This document shows, one piece after another, positions 54,679-63,754 of a DNA stretch of 64,000 bases (positions are counted from its first letter, which is position 1; the number at the start of each line of letters is the position of its first letter). The notes under the pieces were generated by a model. The model searched no databases. It was not told where the DNA came from and worked only from the letters and a program-made list of their open reading frames with translations. Origin of the DNA: Escherichia phage AV122; the sequence record OR352952.1. One strand, given 5' to 3'. Made by a program: the position numbers and the translations under genes.

Positions 54679-54979
54679 CTTCTCGGTCAAATCGGTGTTT
54701 ACAATGGCGACATTTATAACGAAGATTACTAGTCTGCCAATGGACCAATTGCACCTGTTCAGTTCCACATTCAGGGCAATTAGGAACGTTTTTAGAAGCC
54801 CTTTCACGACGCTTAACCATAGCCATAATGGCATCCCATGCTGGAGGTTTAAAATCTAAATCGTCACAACCATGAATCTTTCCACGCATTTCCATATCAT
54901 CTTCCTCACCAGCCATAATAATTTTAATTAAACTGGAATTACTTGAAGCTGCAATGTCTTCTAATAGACGCTTTTTCAT
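54662..54979 (-). CDS. zinc-ribbon protein
   Basis: 105 aa; CPECG...CRHC four-Cys motif. Confidence 0.55.
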
Positions 54980-55905
54980 TTCAATACCTCAATAGCATTA
55001 CGTAAACCATTTGCTTTTGCATTAAGAGCTTTTAACAATTTGGTGTGTTCTGCAATTTGGGCTTCAACTTCAATCAAACGAGCATTGAGATATTCGCGTT
55101 CTTCACTCAGATTATCAACCTTTTCTACTTTAGGCTCTTTTACAACTGTCTTATATGTATTAGGGTTCTTCAGTTTAATTAGAATGCGTGAACTGTATAA
55201 CATTGAACCATTATCTTCGGTTTCGTCATACATTTCTACTACATCCATAATTTTTAACATCATGCGGAGTTTATAAGACAACGAACGAATAGTTTTGTTG
55301 TGCTTATTAATTTCTTTAGCTGTCATGGTGCCGAGATTACGTGAGTAATAATAAGGAACCTGGATATTAATTAATACTGATGAACCACCTGGCTTGTGTG
55401 TTACTTCATCAGCAATAACCCAATCCTTAACATGAACTGTATTTGTACGGTCATCGCCCGCGGTAAATAGTTTGCGAGCATGCTTAAAAAGCATATTCAC
55501 TTGGTCATTGAATTGACAAGCAAATTTATCAGCAAATTTAGTTTCAGGAATGGTAGATAACCAATCAGCCAAATGGGTCTTTTTAACATCGTTAACAATA
55601 GTAAATTCAACCAAATCAGTTATAGATGTCTCAGATTTAATAAAGCTCGGCTTCATAAAGTTTTTAATGTTATCGCGAGCTACAGTAGAAGATAACATAC
55701 GAGAACGTTTAAACCATTGAAGCAAATTGCCCAACGAATGAGAATAAGCGTTTTGAGTATCTTTACAGATATGATTTTCCTGGCCAACATATTGAAGGAA
55801 ATCACGAAGAATATTATTGATTACTGCTCTGTGTCCGATCTGATAATTACGGTGTTTAGTAATAAGACTGTCAAAATAATCAATATAATGTTTACGAGTT
55901 TTCAT
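54976..55905 (-). CDS. tandem paralog 1 of 4, coiled-coil-tailed protein
   Basis: 309 aa; C-terminal heptad-rich coiled coil ([39 protein letters not shown]); shared central motif with neighbours. Confidence 0.6.
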   Translation of the reverse strand: MKTRKHYIDYFDSLITKHRNYQIGHRAVINNILRDFLQYVGQENHICKDTQNAYSHSLGNLLQWFKRSRMLSSTVARDNIKNFMKPSFIKSETSITDLVEFTIVNDVKKTHLADWLSTIPETKFADKFACQFNDQVNMLFKHARKLFTAGDDRTNTVHVKDWVIADEVTHKPGGSSVLINIQVPYYYSRNLGTMTAKEINKHNKTIRSLSYKLRMMLKIMDVVEMYDETEDNGSMLYSSRILIKLKNPNTYKTVVKEPKVEKVDNLSEEREYLNARLIEVEAQIAEHTKLLKALNAKANGLRNAIEVLK

Positions 55906-55957
55906 ATTCTTCTCACTTGGTTAATGATTTATACTCCGAGCCATCCTTGGCTTTAAA

Positions 55958-56959
55958 TTACTTAATTAACTGTAAAGCTTGTTCAAGACGATCAAGACGA
56001 TTAACGGATTCTTCCCAAATCTTTTTAGCCTGCTCATATTCTTTCTGCGCTTTATTAGAAATTTCTAGAACTTCTTTATAAGCTTTTTCTAGTGCAATAA
56101 CTTCTGGACGAATTTCTACCGGTTCAGGAGAATCATCAAGATTATCCATTAGTTCCTCAAGGGTAGTTTCTTCTTTAGGAGTATTCACAATTTCATCACA
56201 TTTTTGTTGGTAAATTTCTTTATCAGTCGGTGAGTACGCACACTTTACTTCACGAAGACTAACTACAATTTTATATCCTTCCCAACCGCATATATTCTTA
56301 AAAGGATATGTATGAATATTTTCTACTGTTTCCATACAAAGTAATGCGGTCTCTAATTGACGAGTTATAGTGCTAGCAATTGAGAAAAATTTATTAATGT
56401 TCTTTTGGTTAGTTTCTGGTGTAAAAAATCCATAATTCACAAAAATAGCTACTTTATTTTTATCAAGTTCATATTCTTTTATGATAATCATATCAGAAGC
56501 CAAAGGATGAATTTGACGATAATCACCATAACATAATTTAGAAGCTGATTTTAGAATTTGCTTCTTAAAAAGTCTGAAATTACTAATCCAACGACGAGTA
56601 AAAATATTCTCAGGGTCTTCTTTATTATTAAGATGATAAGAATTAACATCACCGAACCAATTATATCCTACTACATCTTTGGTTCGTTTAATTTCTTTCC
56701 CAAAATTACCAAGAATATCCCGATTAACCAAATATGAAAGAAGACGAGACTCTTTAAAGGTTTTCTTGATAACATCTTTATCTACACGGCTAGAAATTTT
56801 ACGAATTTCATGAATAAATTTAGTAGAAGAAACAATACTTGCATCAACACTATTGAGCCATTGATTGATAATAGAAAGAACGATATTTTGACCAAACATC
56901 GGTATAGCTTTATCATCAATAACGCTATTGAATGATTTGATATATTCGTTACGAGTCAT
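55958..56959 (-). CDS. tandem paralog 2 of 4, coiled-coil-tailed protein
   Basis: About 333 aa from ATG 56959 (SD GGAGA); C-terminal coiled coil. Confidence 0.6.
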   Translation of the reverse strand: MTRNEYIKSFNSVIDDKAIPMFGQNIVLSIINQWLNSVDASIVSSTKFIHEIRKISSRVDKDVIKKTFKESRLLSYLVNRDILGNFGKEIKRTKDVVGYNWFGDVNSYHLNNKEDPENIFTRRWISNFRLFKKQILKSASKLCYGDYRQIHPLASDMIIIKEYELDKNKVAIFVNYGFFTPETNQKNINKFFSIASTITRQLETALLCMETVENIHTYPFKNICGWEGYKIVVSLREVKCAYSPTDKEIYQQKCDEIVNTPKEETTLEELMDNLDDSPEPVEIRPEVIALEKAYKEVLEISNKAQKEYEQAKKIWEESVNRLDRLEQALQLIK

Positions 56960-56987
56960 ATTAATCTCCTCATTAGAAAGTAAGAAC

Positions 56988-57017
56988 ATTATACCACATC
57001 CTTGTGGCGAAGTAAAC
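56988..57017 (-). promoter_or_regulatory. T4-type early promoter
   Basis: GTTTAC (57012-57017), 18-bp spacer, TATAAT (56988-56993); 28/30 identical to 11463-11492. Confidence 0.55.
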
Positions 57018-58042
57018 TAGTTTAGTGCATTTAGTGCATTGTTCAGTTTAGAACGTTGCTTTGTCAGATTTTGAACCCTTGACTGAGCTTGTTCTAACAC
57101 CTTTTCAGCTTCTAGCACTTCATTGGTCGCTTTAACGAGTTCATCATCTACTGCCTTAAGAGACTTCTCAATCGCGTCAGCGTGCCATTTTTCTACAGGT
57201 TTAAGACTCGGATTTTCAACAGGAAGAAAATTCACTTTATTGAATTTCCATGCATCATTATTACCTGAACTATACATCCAAAATTTAGAATCGTTTGATG
57301 AGCAATTGGATAAATTTAAATTTAAGTTATCTTGCACTTCTTGCTTTTTCTCTTGCGGGACTTCGTCCTTTCTCAAAAAATCGTATTTAAATGAAACAAT
57401 CATATCAAGTTCATATGTTGTCGTATCTAACTTAAATCGTTCAAAACGAGGTAAAATCTTAGAATGAACAGCGGCAACAACATCCATATACTTAAATGCT
57501 TCTGTCAACTGCGATTTAAGGCATTCGCAAATTGAAAGAGAATTTTTTGTATTAGGTTTAAAGCTAATTCGTGCAGTTCTATTATTTTCTTTAAATGGTC
57601 TTACTTCCATCTGAAGAGTATAACCATCAAATTTCAGATTCTTTAAGTTAATATCAGAACCTTTTAATCGACTAGCCGTCGACAAAATTTGCTTTAATTG
57701 TTTACGGAATAGAGCAATAAATCTCCATTCAATACGATAATGATTTGGATTGAAAAATCCTGTTGATAAATCGACCTTACTTTGACCAACGCCTTGAACA
57801 AATAGAGGATTTTTATAATCAATAGTTTTACAGAAATCGGTGAGCTGCTCACGAGCAGTCATTTGTGTAATATATCCCGCTTTACTAAAATGACGTAACC
57901 ATTCACTGCTATTCATATACTTAAAGTGAATGGAACTATTAACTCTATCAGGGTCTAAATTATTTTGGCACAAAAATGTCATAACATTACGGGTATAGCT
58001 GGCATTACGAACCATATCTTCAATTTGAGAACGAGTTTTCAT
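57017..58042 (-). CDS. tandem paralog 3 of 4, coiled-coil-tailed protein
   Basis: 341 aa; C-terminal coiled coil. Confidence 0.6.
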   Translation of the reverse strand: MKTRSQIEDMVRNASYTRNVMTFLCQNNLDPDRVNSSIHFKYMNSSEWLRHFSKAGYITQMTAREQLTDFCKTIDYKNPLFVQGVGQSKVDLSTGFFNPNHYRIEWRFIALFRKQLKQILSTASRLKGSDINLKNLKFDGYTLQMEVRPFKENNRTARISFKPNTKNSLSICECLKSQLTEAFKYMDVVAAVHSKILPRFERFKLDTTTYELDMIVSFKYDFLRKDEVPQEKKQEVQDNLNLNLSNCSSNDSKFWMYSSGNNDAWKFNKVNFLPVENPSLKPVEKWHADAIEKSLKAVDDELVKATNEVLEAEKVLEQAQSRVQNLTKQRSKLNNALNALN

Positions 58043-58050
58043 AGTGTTCC

Positions 58051-58965
58051 TTAAGATTTAAGTAAATCAACAATTTTAATTAATTTTTCACGCTCAGATT
58101 TAGCTTTACTACTCAATCCAGATAATCTGAAAATTTCATCGTCATATTGTTGAATAGAAATATTCAGCTCTTCAATTTGCTTATTAAAATAATCAATTTG
58201 TTCAGAATGTTTTTCGTTACTACGAACTGGTACAAGTTTTGTAGGCAATTTAGTTGAACTGGATTCATCCGGGCGATAAATTAAAATACAACTTGAACCA
58301 ATAGGGCATTTAGCACCAGATGAATATTCTAATGTTCCGGCTTCTTTTAAAACTTCAAAAGCTAAACAGAGATGATGCCCCATATTAACATAATCTGTAG
58401 AGTGAGCTCTGATATAATAATCATCGCCGCGAATACTAAATTTAAAGCATTTAAGGTCTTCTGTATTATTGGTCTTAAAAATCATTTGTTTATCTAGACC
58501 TTTAGCTAATCGAGCGCCTAATGCTAATAATCGTCGTTGATTTTCCCACAAATCCGCAATCATTTGATCGAATGATAATTTCGGCATTAGTCGACCATAA
58601 AGGTCATATCCTTTATTATAATTACGAAGGATTTCACTCGCGTTAATACGAGACAATGCTCCAATTTTATTAAGGGCTTTCATGATGCGATCAGATAAAC
58701 TCATTCCAGACCCGTTTGTTCGCTGTAAATGTTTTTCTAATCCAAATCCAATATCAACTTTAAATTTATCTAAAATTTCAGCATGAACATCTCTGTCAAT
58801 AACACTCAAATCCAAAGTTGTGTTAAATCTATGAAAAAATTTATCTGGCTCTCCACGACGAAATACAGTCCATTCATTCATCATTTTTTTTTTATTAACT
58901 AAAGATTTAATTACTGCATTGACATTATTAATTGCTACTGACATATTTTCCTCACTCAATTTCAA
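58051..58965 (-). CDS. tandem paralog 4 of 4, coiled-coil-tailed protein
   Basis: 304 aa; C-terminal coiled coil; weakest similarity of the four. Confidence 0.55.
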   Translation of the reverse strand: MKLSEENMSVAINNVNAVIKSLVNKKKMMNEWTVFRRGEPDKFFHRFNTTLDLSVIDRDVHAEILDKFKVDIGFGLEKHLQRTNGSGMSLSDRIMKALNKIGALSRINASEILRNYNKGYDLYGRLMPKLSFDQMIADLWENQRRLLALGARLAKGLDKQMIFKTNNTEDLKCFKFSIRGDDYYIRAHSTDYVNMGHHLCLAFEVLKEAGTLEYSSGAKCPIGSSCILIYRPDESSSTKLPTKLVPVRSNEKHSEQIDYFNKQIEELNISIQQYDDEIFRLSGLSSKAKSEREKLIKIVDLLKS

Positions 58966-59359
58966 TTTTACTAAATATACAGAATAAGATAGAACAGACT
59001 ATATAAGCACCACACACAGATTGAACTAATACCATTCCAAAGAACCAAACAATATTATCAAACAATGTCTGTTTTACGTCGAAAGGACGTAAACTTACAG
59101 TAATATTATCGCCTTTTTCTATTGATGAATACATCTCTGGGGAAATATATTCACTAAATCTATAACCGTCTTTGAGTTCATATACGGCAATAAACGATAA
59201 ACTAGACCCCTTTCCTTGAGTTCCTGTAAGGGTATTAACTACAGTAACATCATAATCTTTATAATGCATATAATCATTAATTGCGTAATAACCATATGCA
59301 ACTACTACACATAAACAACATATCAATAAATTCAATCTTTTAATTATCAACTGTTTCAT
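58952..59359 (-). CDS. membrane protein (two TM segments)
   Basis: 135 aa; N-terminal and C-terminal hydrophobic helices. Confidence 0.55.
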   Translation of the reverse strand: MKQLIIKRLNLLICCLCVVVAYGYYAINDYMHYKDYDVTVVNTLTGTQGKGSSLSFIAVYELKDGYRFSEYISPEMYSSIEKGDNITVSLRPFDVKQTLFDNIVWFFGMVLVQSVCGAYIVCSILFCIFSKIEIE

Positions 59360-59414
59360 AATAATCTCAATTAAAAGGGCTTAGAACCATTATACCATCC
59401 TTGGTATAAAGCGG

Positions 59415-59942
59415 TTATGCGAGTACCGTCTTTAACCGTTCTTCAAACTTCCGAAGAGTATTCTGGCGTTCAGCTCTTTGCTTTTTGTAAGTTTCAATAC
59501 GCTCTGAAATGAGAGTGTATCGTTCATTTACTGATTCTTTCATAAAATCAGGAATTTCACGAGAAGCTTTAATCTCATCAAATTTATCAATAACAGCTTG
59601 CTCTTCAGCAATTAAGTTATCATACATCAAAATATCTTTCTTGATGAACTCAATATCTTCTTGAGTTACACGAGATAATTTAGATGCTTTATCCTTTTTG
59701 TACTGTTCGTTAGTATCACGAGACCAGTGTAATGTACGATTTTTATTCGTATTTTTGTAAATTTCTACAATACCAATCTCATCAATAATAACGATCCAAT
59801 TCCAACGGGATTTGTAAATTTGTCCTCCATCAACCGTGATTTCACCTCCGATTGAGATGTCATTAAAGAACTTGCTTTGTGCTTCTGATTTAAATTTACC
59901 ATCATTGTAATTTACCAGGTTGAAAATATCTTTAGCGTTCAT
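59415..59942 (-). CDS. hypothetical protein
   Basis: 175 aa, C-terminal basic/helical region; SD GGAGG; downstream of promoter. Confidence 0.6.
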   Translation of the reverse strand: MNAKDIFNLVNYNDGKFKSEAQSKFFNDISIGGEITVDGGQIYKSRWNWIVIIDEIGIVEIYKNTNKNRTLHWSRDTNEQYKKDKASKLSRVTQEDIEFIKKDILMYDNLIAEEQAVIDKFDEIKASREIPDFMKESVNERYTLISERIETYKKQRAERQNTLRKFEERLKTVLA

Positions 59943-59970
59943 TTTCTGTTCCTCCGTAGTTGATAGTTGT

Positions 59971-60000
59971 ATAGTACCACAGAGGAACAGTCTTGTAAAC
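59971..60000 (-). promoter_or_regulatory. T4-type early promoter
   Basis: GTTTAC (59995-60000), 18-bp spacer, TACTAT (59971-59976). Confidence 0.55.
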
Positions 60001-60002
60001 CA

Positions 60003-60317
60003 CTAAAAGAAACTTCTTTCACAATTTTTTCCACTGAACCATGCGCTCACTGCTTTCTTAGTCTCAGGAGCAGTGTTATCCATAAACCATTCAAAGGCAG
60101 CCTTTTTATGATTCTGGAGGGCTTCTCGGGCTTTAATCTGCTCACGGTCTATTAACACTAACATATGAGCCTTTCTTGTCACCAAGGGCTTCTTATGATT
60201 CTTGGAGTATTCCCAGTCATTTGTCCAACGCATTGTCGTTGCGAACTGAAATACTGCTTCTTTAATTTTAGTTTCGTAAATTTCACGAGCCTTTGAGTAT
60301 AACATCATTACCTCCAT
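60003..60317 (-). CDS. hypothetical protein
   Basis: 104-aa ORF. Confidence 0.55.
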   Translation of the reverse strand: MEVMMLYSKAREIYETKIKEAVFQFATTMRWTNDWEYSKNHKKPLVTRKAHMLVLIDREQIKAREALQNHKKAAFEWFMDNTAPETKKAVSAWFSGKNCERSFF

Positions 60318-60406
60318 TTATCAGTTTAATTCTAGTCATCTTTTTGATGGCAGTCCATATAATCTATTTCTGAACTGCCTTTTTATCTTAGAAGGCCTCT
60401 TATGAA

Positions 60407-61375
60407 TTATTTCAGAAGAGTAACCTCAGCGATTTCTTCCCAACCGTTTTTGTCGGTCATAATAAAGTCAGCAAGATAAAGAGCAGTACGCAGTGAAACA
60501 TTGCGTAAACGATTAACATTGACTTTCATCCATGATAATGCTTTATAAGTTTCTTCATCAGAAAGACCACGCTTTTGCATCATGTCAGTTGAAAGAATAA
60601 CATCTTCAACCCTGACCATAATTTCTTCATTAGTGTGAACACCCAAATCCAAATAAACTGAGCGGGACACTAATGCTTGTAAATGTGGAGCAAGTTTAGT
60701 ACCACGGTCTAATTCGCGGTCAATGTCAACGTTTGTGATAAAAACAATCGTTCCTTTAAATTCAAACTCACGCTCAATGCCTTTTTCTTCTAAGTAAGAA
60801 GATGCAGTGCTCCAGCAGACTTTACGGGTCTCTCCAGTGTCCAGAGCAGCTTTCAGAAGATTAAGAATGTCCATATCAGAGAAAACATCCACATCATCAA
60901 TCAAAAGGACAGAATTCTCTTCACGATTATTCCAAAGTTGTTCATAAAGACCGATACCGGAGATTTTACCGTTAATGCTTTTATATTCAATGTATCCATT
61001 ATCATTTGCTTTATTTAAAGCTTTATCTAAAGAATACGTTTTACCAATACCCGCCGCACCAGAGATAATTAATGAACGAATATTTCCGTTAATAATACCA
61101 TTCGTCATCATTCCCATAACATTAAATCTTTTATTAATGCGGGTTTTCATATCTTCATACGATTCTTTAACTTCTTCAACTTTTACACCATCATATGAAA
61201 TGTCTGATTTGTAAACCCAAACACCACGACGTTTACCGTCAATTTCAACAAAAACTTTACCATCTCCTTGTGCATCTACCGGAGCATTATCTGGGAACCA
61301 TTCACCTAAGAGCTCAAAAGTTCCAGAGATTTCTTTACCGAAGTAGATACCCTTATTGATAGTTACAGTTTTCAT
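60407..61375 (-). CDS. P-loop NTPase (AAA-like ATPase) with N-terminal extra domain
   Basis: 322 aa; Walker A GAAGIGKT, Walker B LLIDDVD. Confidence 0.65.
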   Translation of the reverse strand: MKTVTINKGIYFGKEISGTFELLGEWFPDNAPVDAQGDGKVFVEIDGKRRGVWVYKSDISYDGVKVEEVKESYEDMKTRINKRFNVMGMMTNGIINGNIRSLIISGAAGIGKTYSLDKALNKANDNGYIEYKSINGKISGIGLYEQLWNNREENSVLLIDDVDVFSDMDILNLLKAALDTGETRKVCWSTASSYLEEKGIEREFEFKGTIVFITNVDIDRELDRGTKLAPHLQALVSRSVYLDLGVHTNEEIMVRVEDVILSTDMMQKRGLSDEETYKALSWMKVNVNRLRNVSLRTALYLADFIMTDKNGWEEIAEVTLLK

Positions 61376-61432
61376 TTTATTCTCCTTTGATTTGATAGGA
61401 CTACTATAACATAGTCCTATCAGTTTGTATAC

Positions 61433-61633
61433 TTATTTTGACATTTCTTCGATGTCACGACGATACCCATCACGAACTTCACGAAGAGCTTCAAGGCCAC
61501 ACACAGGCTCGATACCAGTAATGTGAACTTGATTAATCTGATACTCTACATCTTCTAACTGAGCGAAAACATAACGACGTTCAGCTGCGCACCCAGATTT
61601 AGCTTTACCGAAACGTTTATTCAAAGTAGTCAT
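61433..61633 (-). CDS. hypothetical protein
   Basis: 66-aa ORF downstream of promoter. Confidence 0.5.
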   Translation of the reverse strand: MTTLNKRFGKAKSGCAAERRYVFAQLEDVEYQINQVHITGIEPVCGLEALREVRDGYRRDIEEMSK

Positions 61634-61671
61634 TTTGTATCTCCAATTTACTCATTTGTTTTGATAGTTGT

Positions 61672-61701
61672 ATAGTACCATAAAGCTTTATGCTTGTAAA
61701 C
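61672..61701 (-). promoter_or_regulatory. T4-type early promoter
   Basis: GTTTAC (61696-61701), 18-bp spacer, TACTAT (61672-61677). Confidence 0.55.
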
Positions 61702-61732
61702 AGTTTTGTGAAAAATTTTTGAAATAAAAAAA

Positions 61733-61750
61733 GGGAGCCCGAAGGCTCCC
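61733..61750 (-). terminator. intrinsic terminator after nucleotidyltransferase gene
   Basis: gggagcc-cgaa-ggctccc hairpin followed by a 7-U run on minus transcript. Confidence 0.55.
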
Positions 61751-61752
61751 TA

Positions 61753-62766
61753 TCATTTATAATAACTTCGGTGGTTTTCAAGATAGACCTTCTCAAGGAA
61801 GTCATCCCAGAAACCCATGTCTACTGTTTTAGGCATACCGTTCTTAGAAGCTTCAGTAGATGCTGCTTCTACTTGATCGACCACATCTTCCAAAAACTCT
61901 TGAACTGTTTTAAATGGATGTTTACCCAACTTCACGTCGAGAATAAATGGAGCATCTTGAAGTGGATAGACTAAGTCACCAGTTTTGTAAATTTCCAATA
62001 GTTGAAGTCCACCACGACAAGCATGACTTAGTGCTTTCCAATCAATGCCTTCATTGGCTTCGGCCTTACGAGCACGTTCACCGTATTCAGCATCTAATTT
62101 GTTCAGTGACTGCTTAAGCTCAATAAGAGAAAGCGTTGTCTGATATTTACGACCCAACACAGTGTAGAACGTTTGTGGGCCTGTTTTCTCATGATTATGG
62201 AACACCCATTCACAGAATTCGTTTTCTGGAAGACGATGCTTAATATCTTCAACTTTAGTACGACGCTGCTTAATGGAACCGTCTTCTTGGTAATCAACCC
62301 ATTGCTCAGGGATTTGATTAACTACTTTCAATACATCACGTAATGCAGCCAAACGAGAACCCTTGACGCCGTATTTAGAAGCTTGCTTGCGGACATATCC
62401 TAAATATGATTTCATGTTAGTCGTATAAAAACGAGAACGGTTGTCTTGAATAAACTTCCACACATCAGGCAAATCGGATTTAACCACTAGTTCAGGTGGA
62501 GTGTGAAGCATATCCAACGCTACAGTTTCACCATCTGCTGCTAATTTAAAGAAATATTTAAGACTGTATAGTTCATGGTCAATATCATCTTTAGTGTTTT
62601 TAGATGATGTATTGTTAGTATTTTTACTCATATGCTCTTTAACATTTCCGATAAGAATATCGCGAGCAGGAGGAACAAAGATTTCTTTAAAATCTACATC
62701 AGATTCTGGGGTAGAAGTTCCATAAAGATGACTACCAAAATAGCTTTTCATTACTGTTTTCATCAT
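61753..62766 (-). CDS. predicted Pol-beta-superfamily nucleotidyltransferase
   Basis: 337 aa; N-terminal GS-x10-DVD motif (YFGSHLYGTSTPESDVDF) characteristic of the NTase fold; downstream acidic residues. Confidence 0.55.
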   Translation of the reverse strand: MMKTVMKSYFGSHLYGTSTPESDVDFKEIFVPPARDILIGNVKEHMSKNTNNTSSKNTKDDIDHELYSLKYFFKLAADGETVALDMLHTPPELVVKSDLPDVWKFIQDNRSRFYTTNMKSYLGYVRKQASKYGVKGSRLAALRDVLKVVNQIPEQWVDYQEDGSIKQRRTKVEDIKHRLPENEFCEWVFHNHEKTGPQTFYTVLGRKYQTTLSLIELKQSLNKLDAEYGERARKAEANEGIDWKALSHACRGGLQLLEIYKTGDLVYPLQDAPFILDVKLGKHPFKTVQEFLEDVVDQVEAASTEASKNGMPKTVDMGFWDDFLEKVYLENHRSYYK

Positions 62767-63224
62767 TCAGCCTTATATTCAATAACAGGACATACTTTAA
62801 CTTTACGAGCTTTTAAAAATTCAACGATAACCGATTTCTTGGGTTGAATAGGAGGTAAACCTTTATACGCCCTATCAATATTTTCTACGTGTAAAGCATA
62901 ATCCTTTTTCCATTTATAATCTTTATATTTTTCACGCAAATGTGCAGGAATAACAAATGAACCGATAATAAGTAAAACAACCAAAAGCGCAAGTATAAAT
63001 GCTGATGGAAGCAAAGTCCATAAACTACCAAAAATAATCCAACGTTGTAGGCTTTCTGCACAAATAATTGTTAGCCCTACGAGTATAGCACATCCAAAAA
63101 TAGAAACGAAAAATGTAGGAATGGCAATAGACCAAAAATATGCGCACAGTGTCTTAGGTCGTTGCCATTCATCGTTAAACATTTTGAATAATTTATAGTG
63201 CCAAGAGTTTTCATTAATAATCAT
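62763..63224 (-). CDS. integral membrane protein
   Basis: 153 aa; three to four predicted TM helices; ATGA overlap with the NTase gene. Confidence 0.55.
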   Translation of the reverse strand: MIINENSWHYKLFKMFNDEWQRPKTLCAYFWSIAIPTFFVSIFGCAILVGLTIICAESLQRWIIFGSLWTLLPSAFILALLVVLLIIGSFVIPAHLREKYKDYKWKKDYALHVENIDRAYKGLPPIQPKKSVIVEFLKARKVKVCPVIEYKAE

Positions 63225-63226
63225 AA

Positions 63227-63748
63227 TTATCCTTTCATTGAAGGCGTAACAGTTGTTAAATACTTAATCATAGCTTCAGCTTCTGATTTTGATAGTGAAA
63301 TTTCTTCACCGTTTTGGCGAATAGAAACAAAATCTGGATGACGATCACCACCAGCTTTTAAAACACACATATAAGTATCAGCTTCGCCTTCAATATTTGA
63401 AATGATTGAAGCAGTTCCACATGAATGCGGTTTTTGATAAATCAATACAGCTTTTCTTCCACCATTTGACTGTTCATAGGCTTTTAATACATCAAGCAAA
63501 TCAGTTCTTTTATCAATAGCTAAGATGTTATTTTCATCTTCAATATTAAATCCTTCGGATACTTCATAAAGAGTTACCCATAAATCACCGATGTCAATAA
63601 CAGCATTTACTTTTCCACGGCTTTCAAGAGTATGACAAATTTTCTTGATTTCGTCATAACTCATTTTAATAATATCATCTCCTTGACTAAGGAAGATGTC
63701 ATTTTTAAATTCAACACGAATTAAACCACTTTCACTTGAAATAAACAT
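63227..63748 (-). CDS. hypothetical protein, paralog of the partial ORF at window end
   Basis: 173 aa; C-terminus ...VSIRQNGEEISLSKSEAEAMIKYLTTVTPSMKG aligns with ...VSIRQIDDFRSHIITLNKDEAIALKTYLDSVIPTMISK. Confidence 0.6.
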   Translation of the reverse strand: MFISSESGLIRVEFKNDIFLSQGDDIIKMSYDEIKKICHTLESRGKVNAVIDIGDLWVTLYEVSEGFNIEDENNILAIDKRTDLLDVLKAYEQSNGGRKAVLIYQKPHSCGTASIISNIEGEADTYMCVLKAGGDRHPDFVSIRQNGEEISLSKSEAEAMIKYLTTVTPSMKG

Positions 63749-63754
63749 ATTTCC

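Noticed and set aside
61617-61805. 62-aa minus-strand ORF
   Set aside because: Spans the terminator hairpin (61733-61750) and the early promoter (61672-61701) and overlaps the 3' end of the nucleotidyltransferase gene; most likely a non-coding regulatory region.
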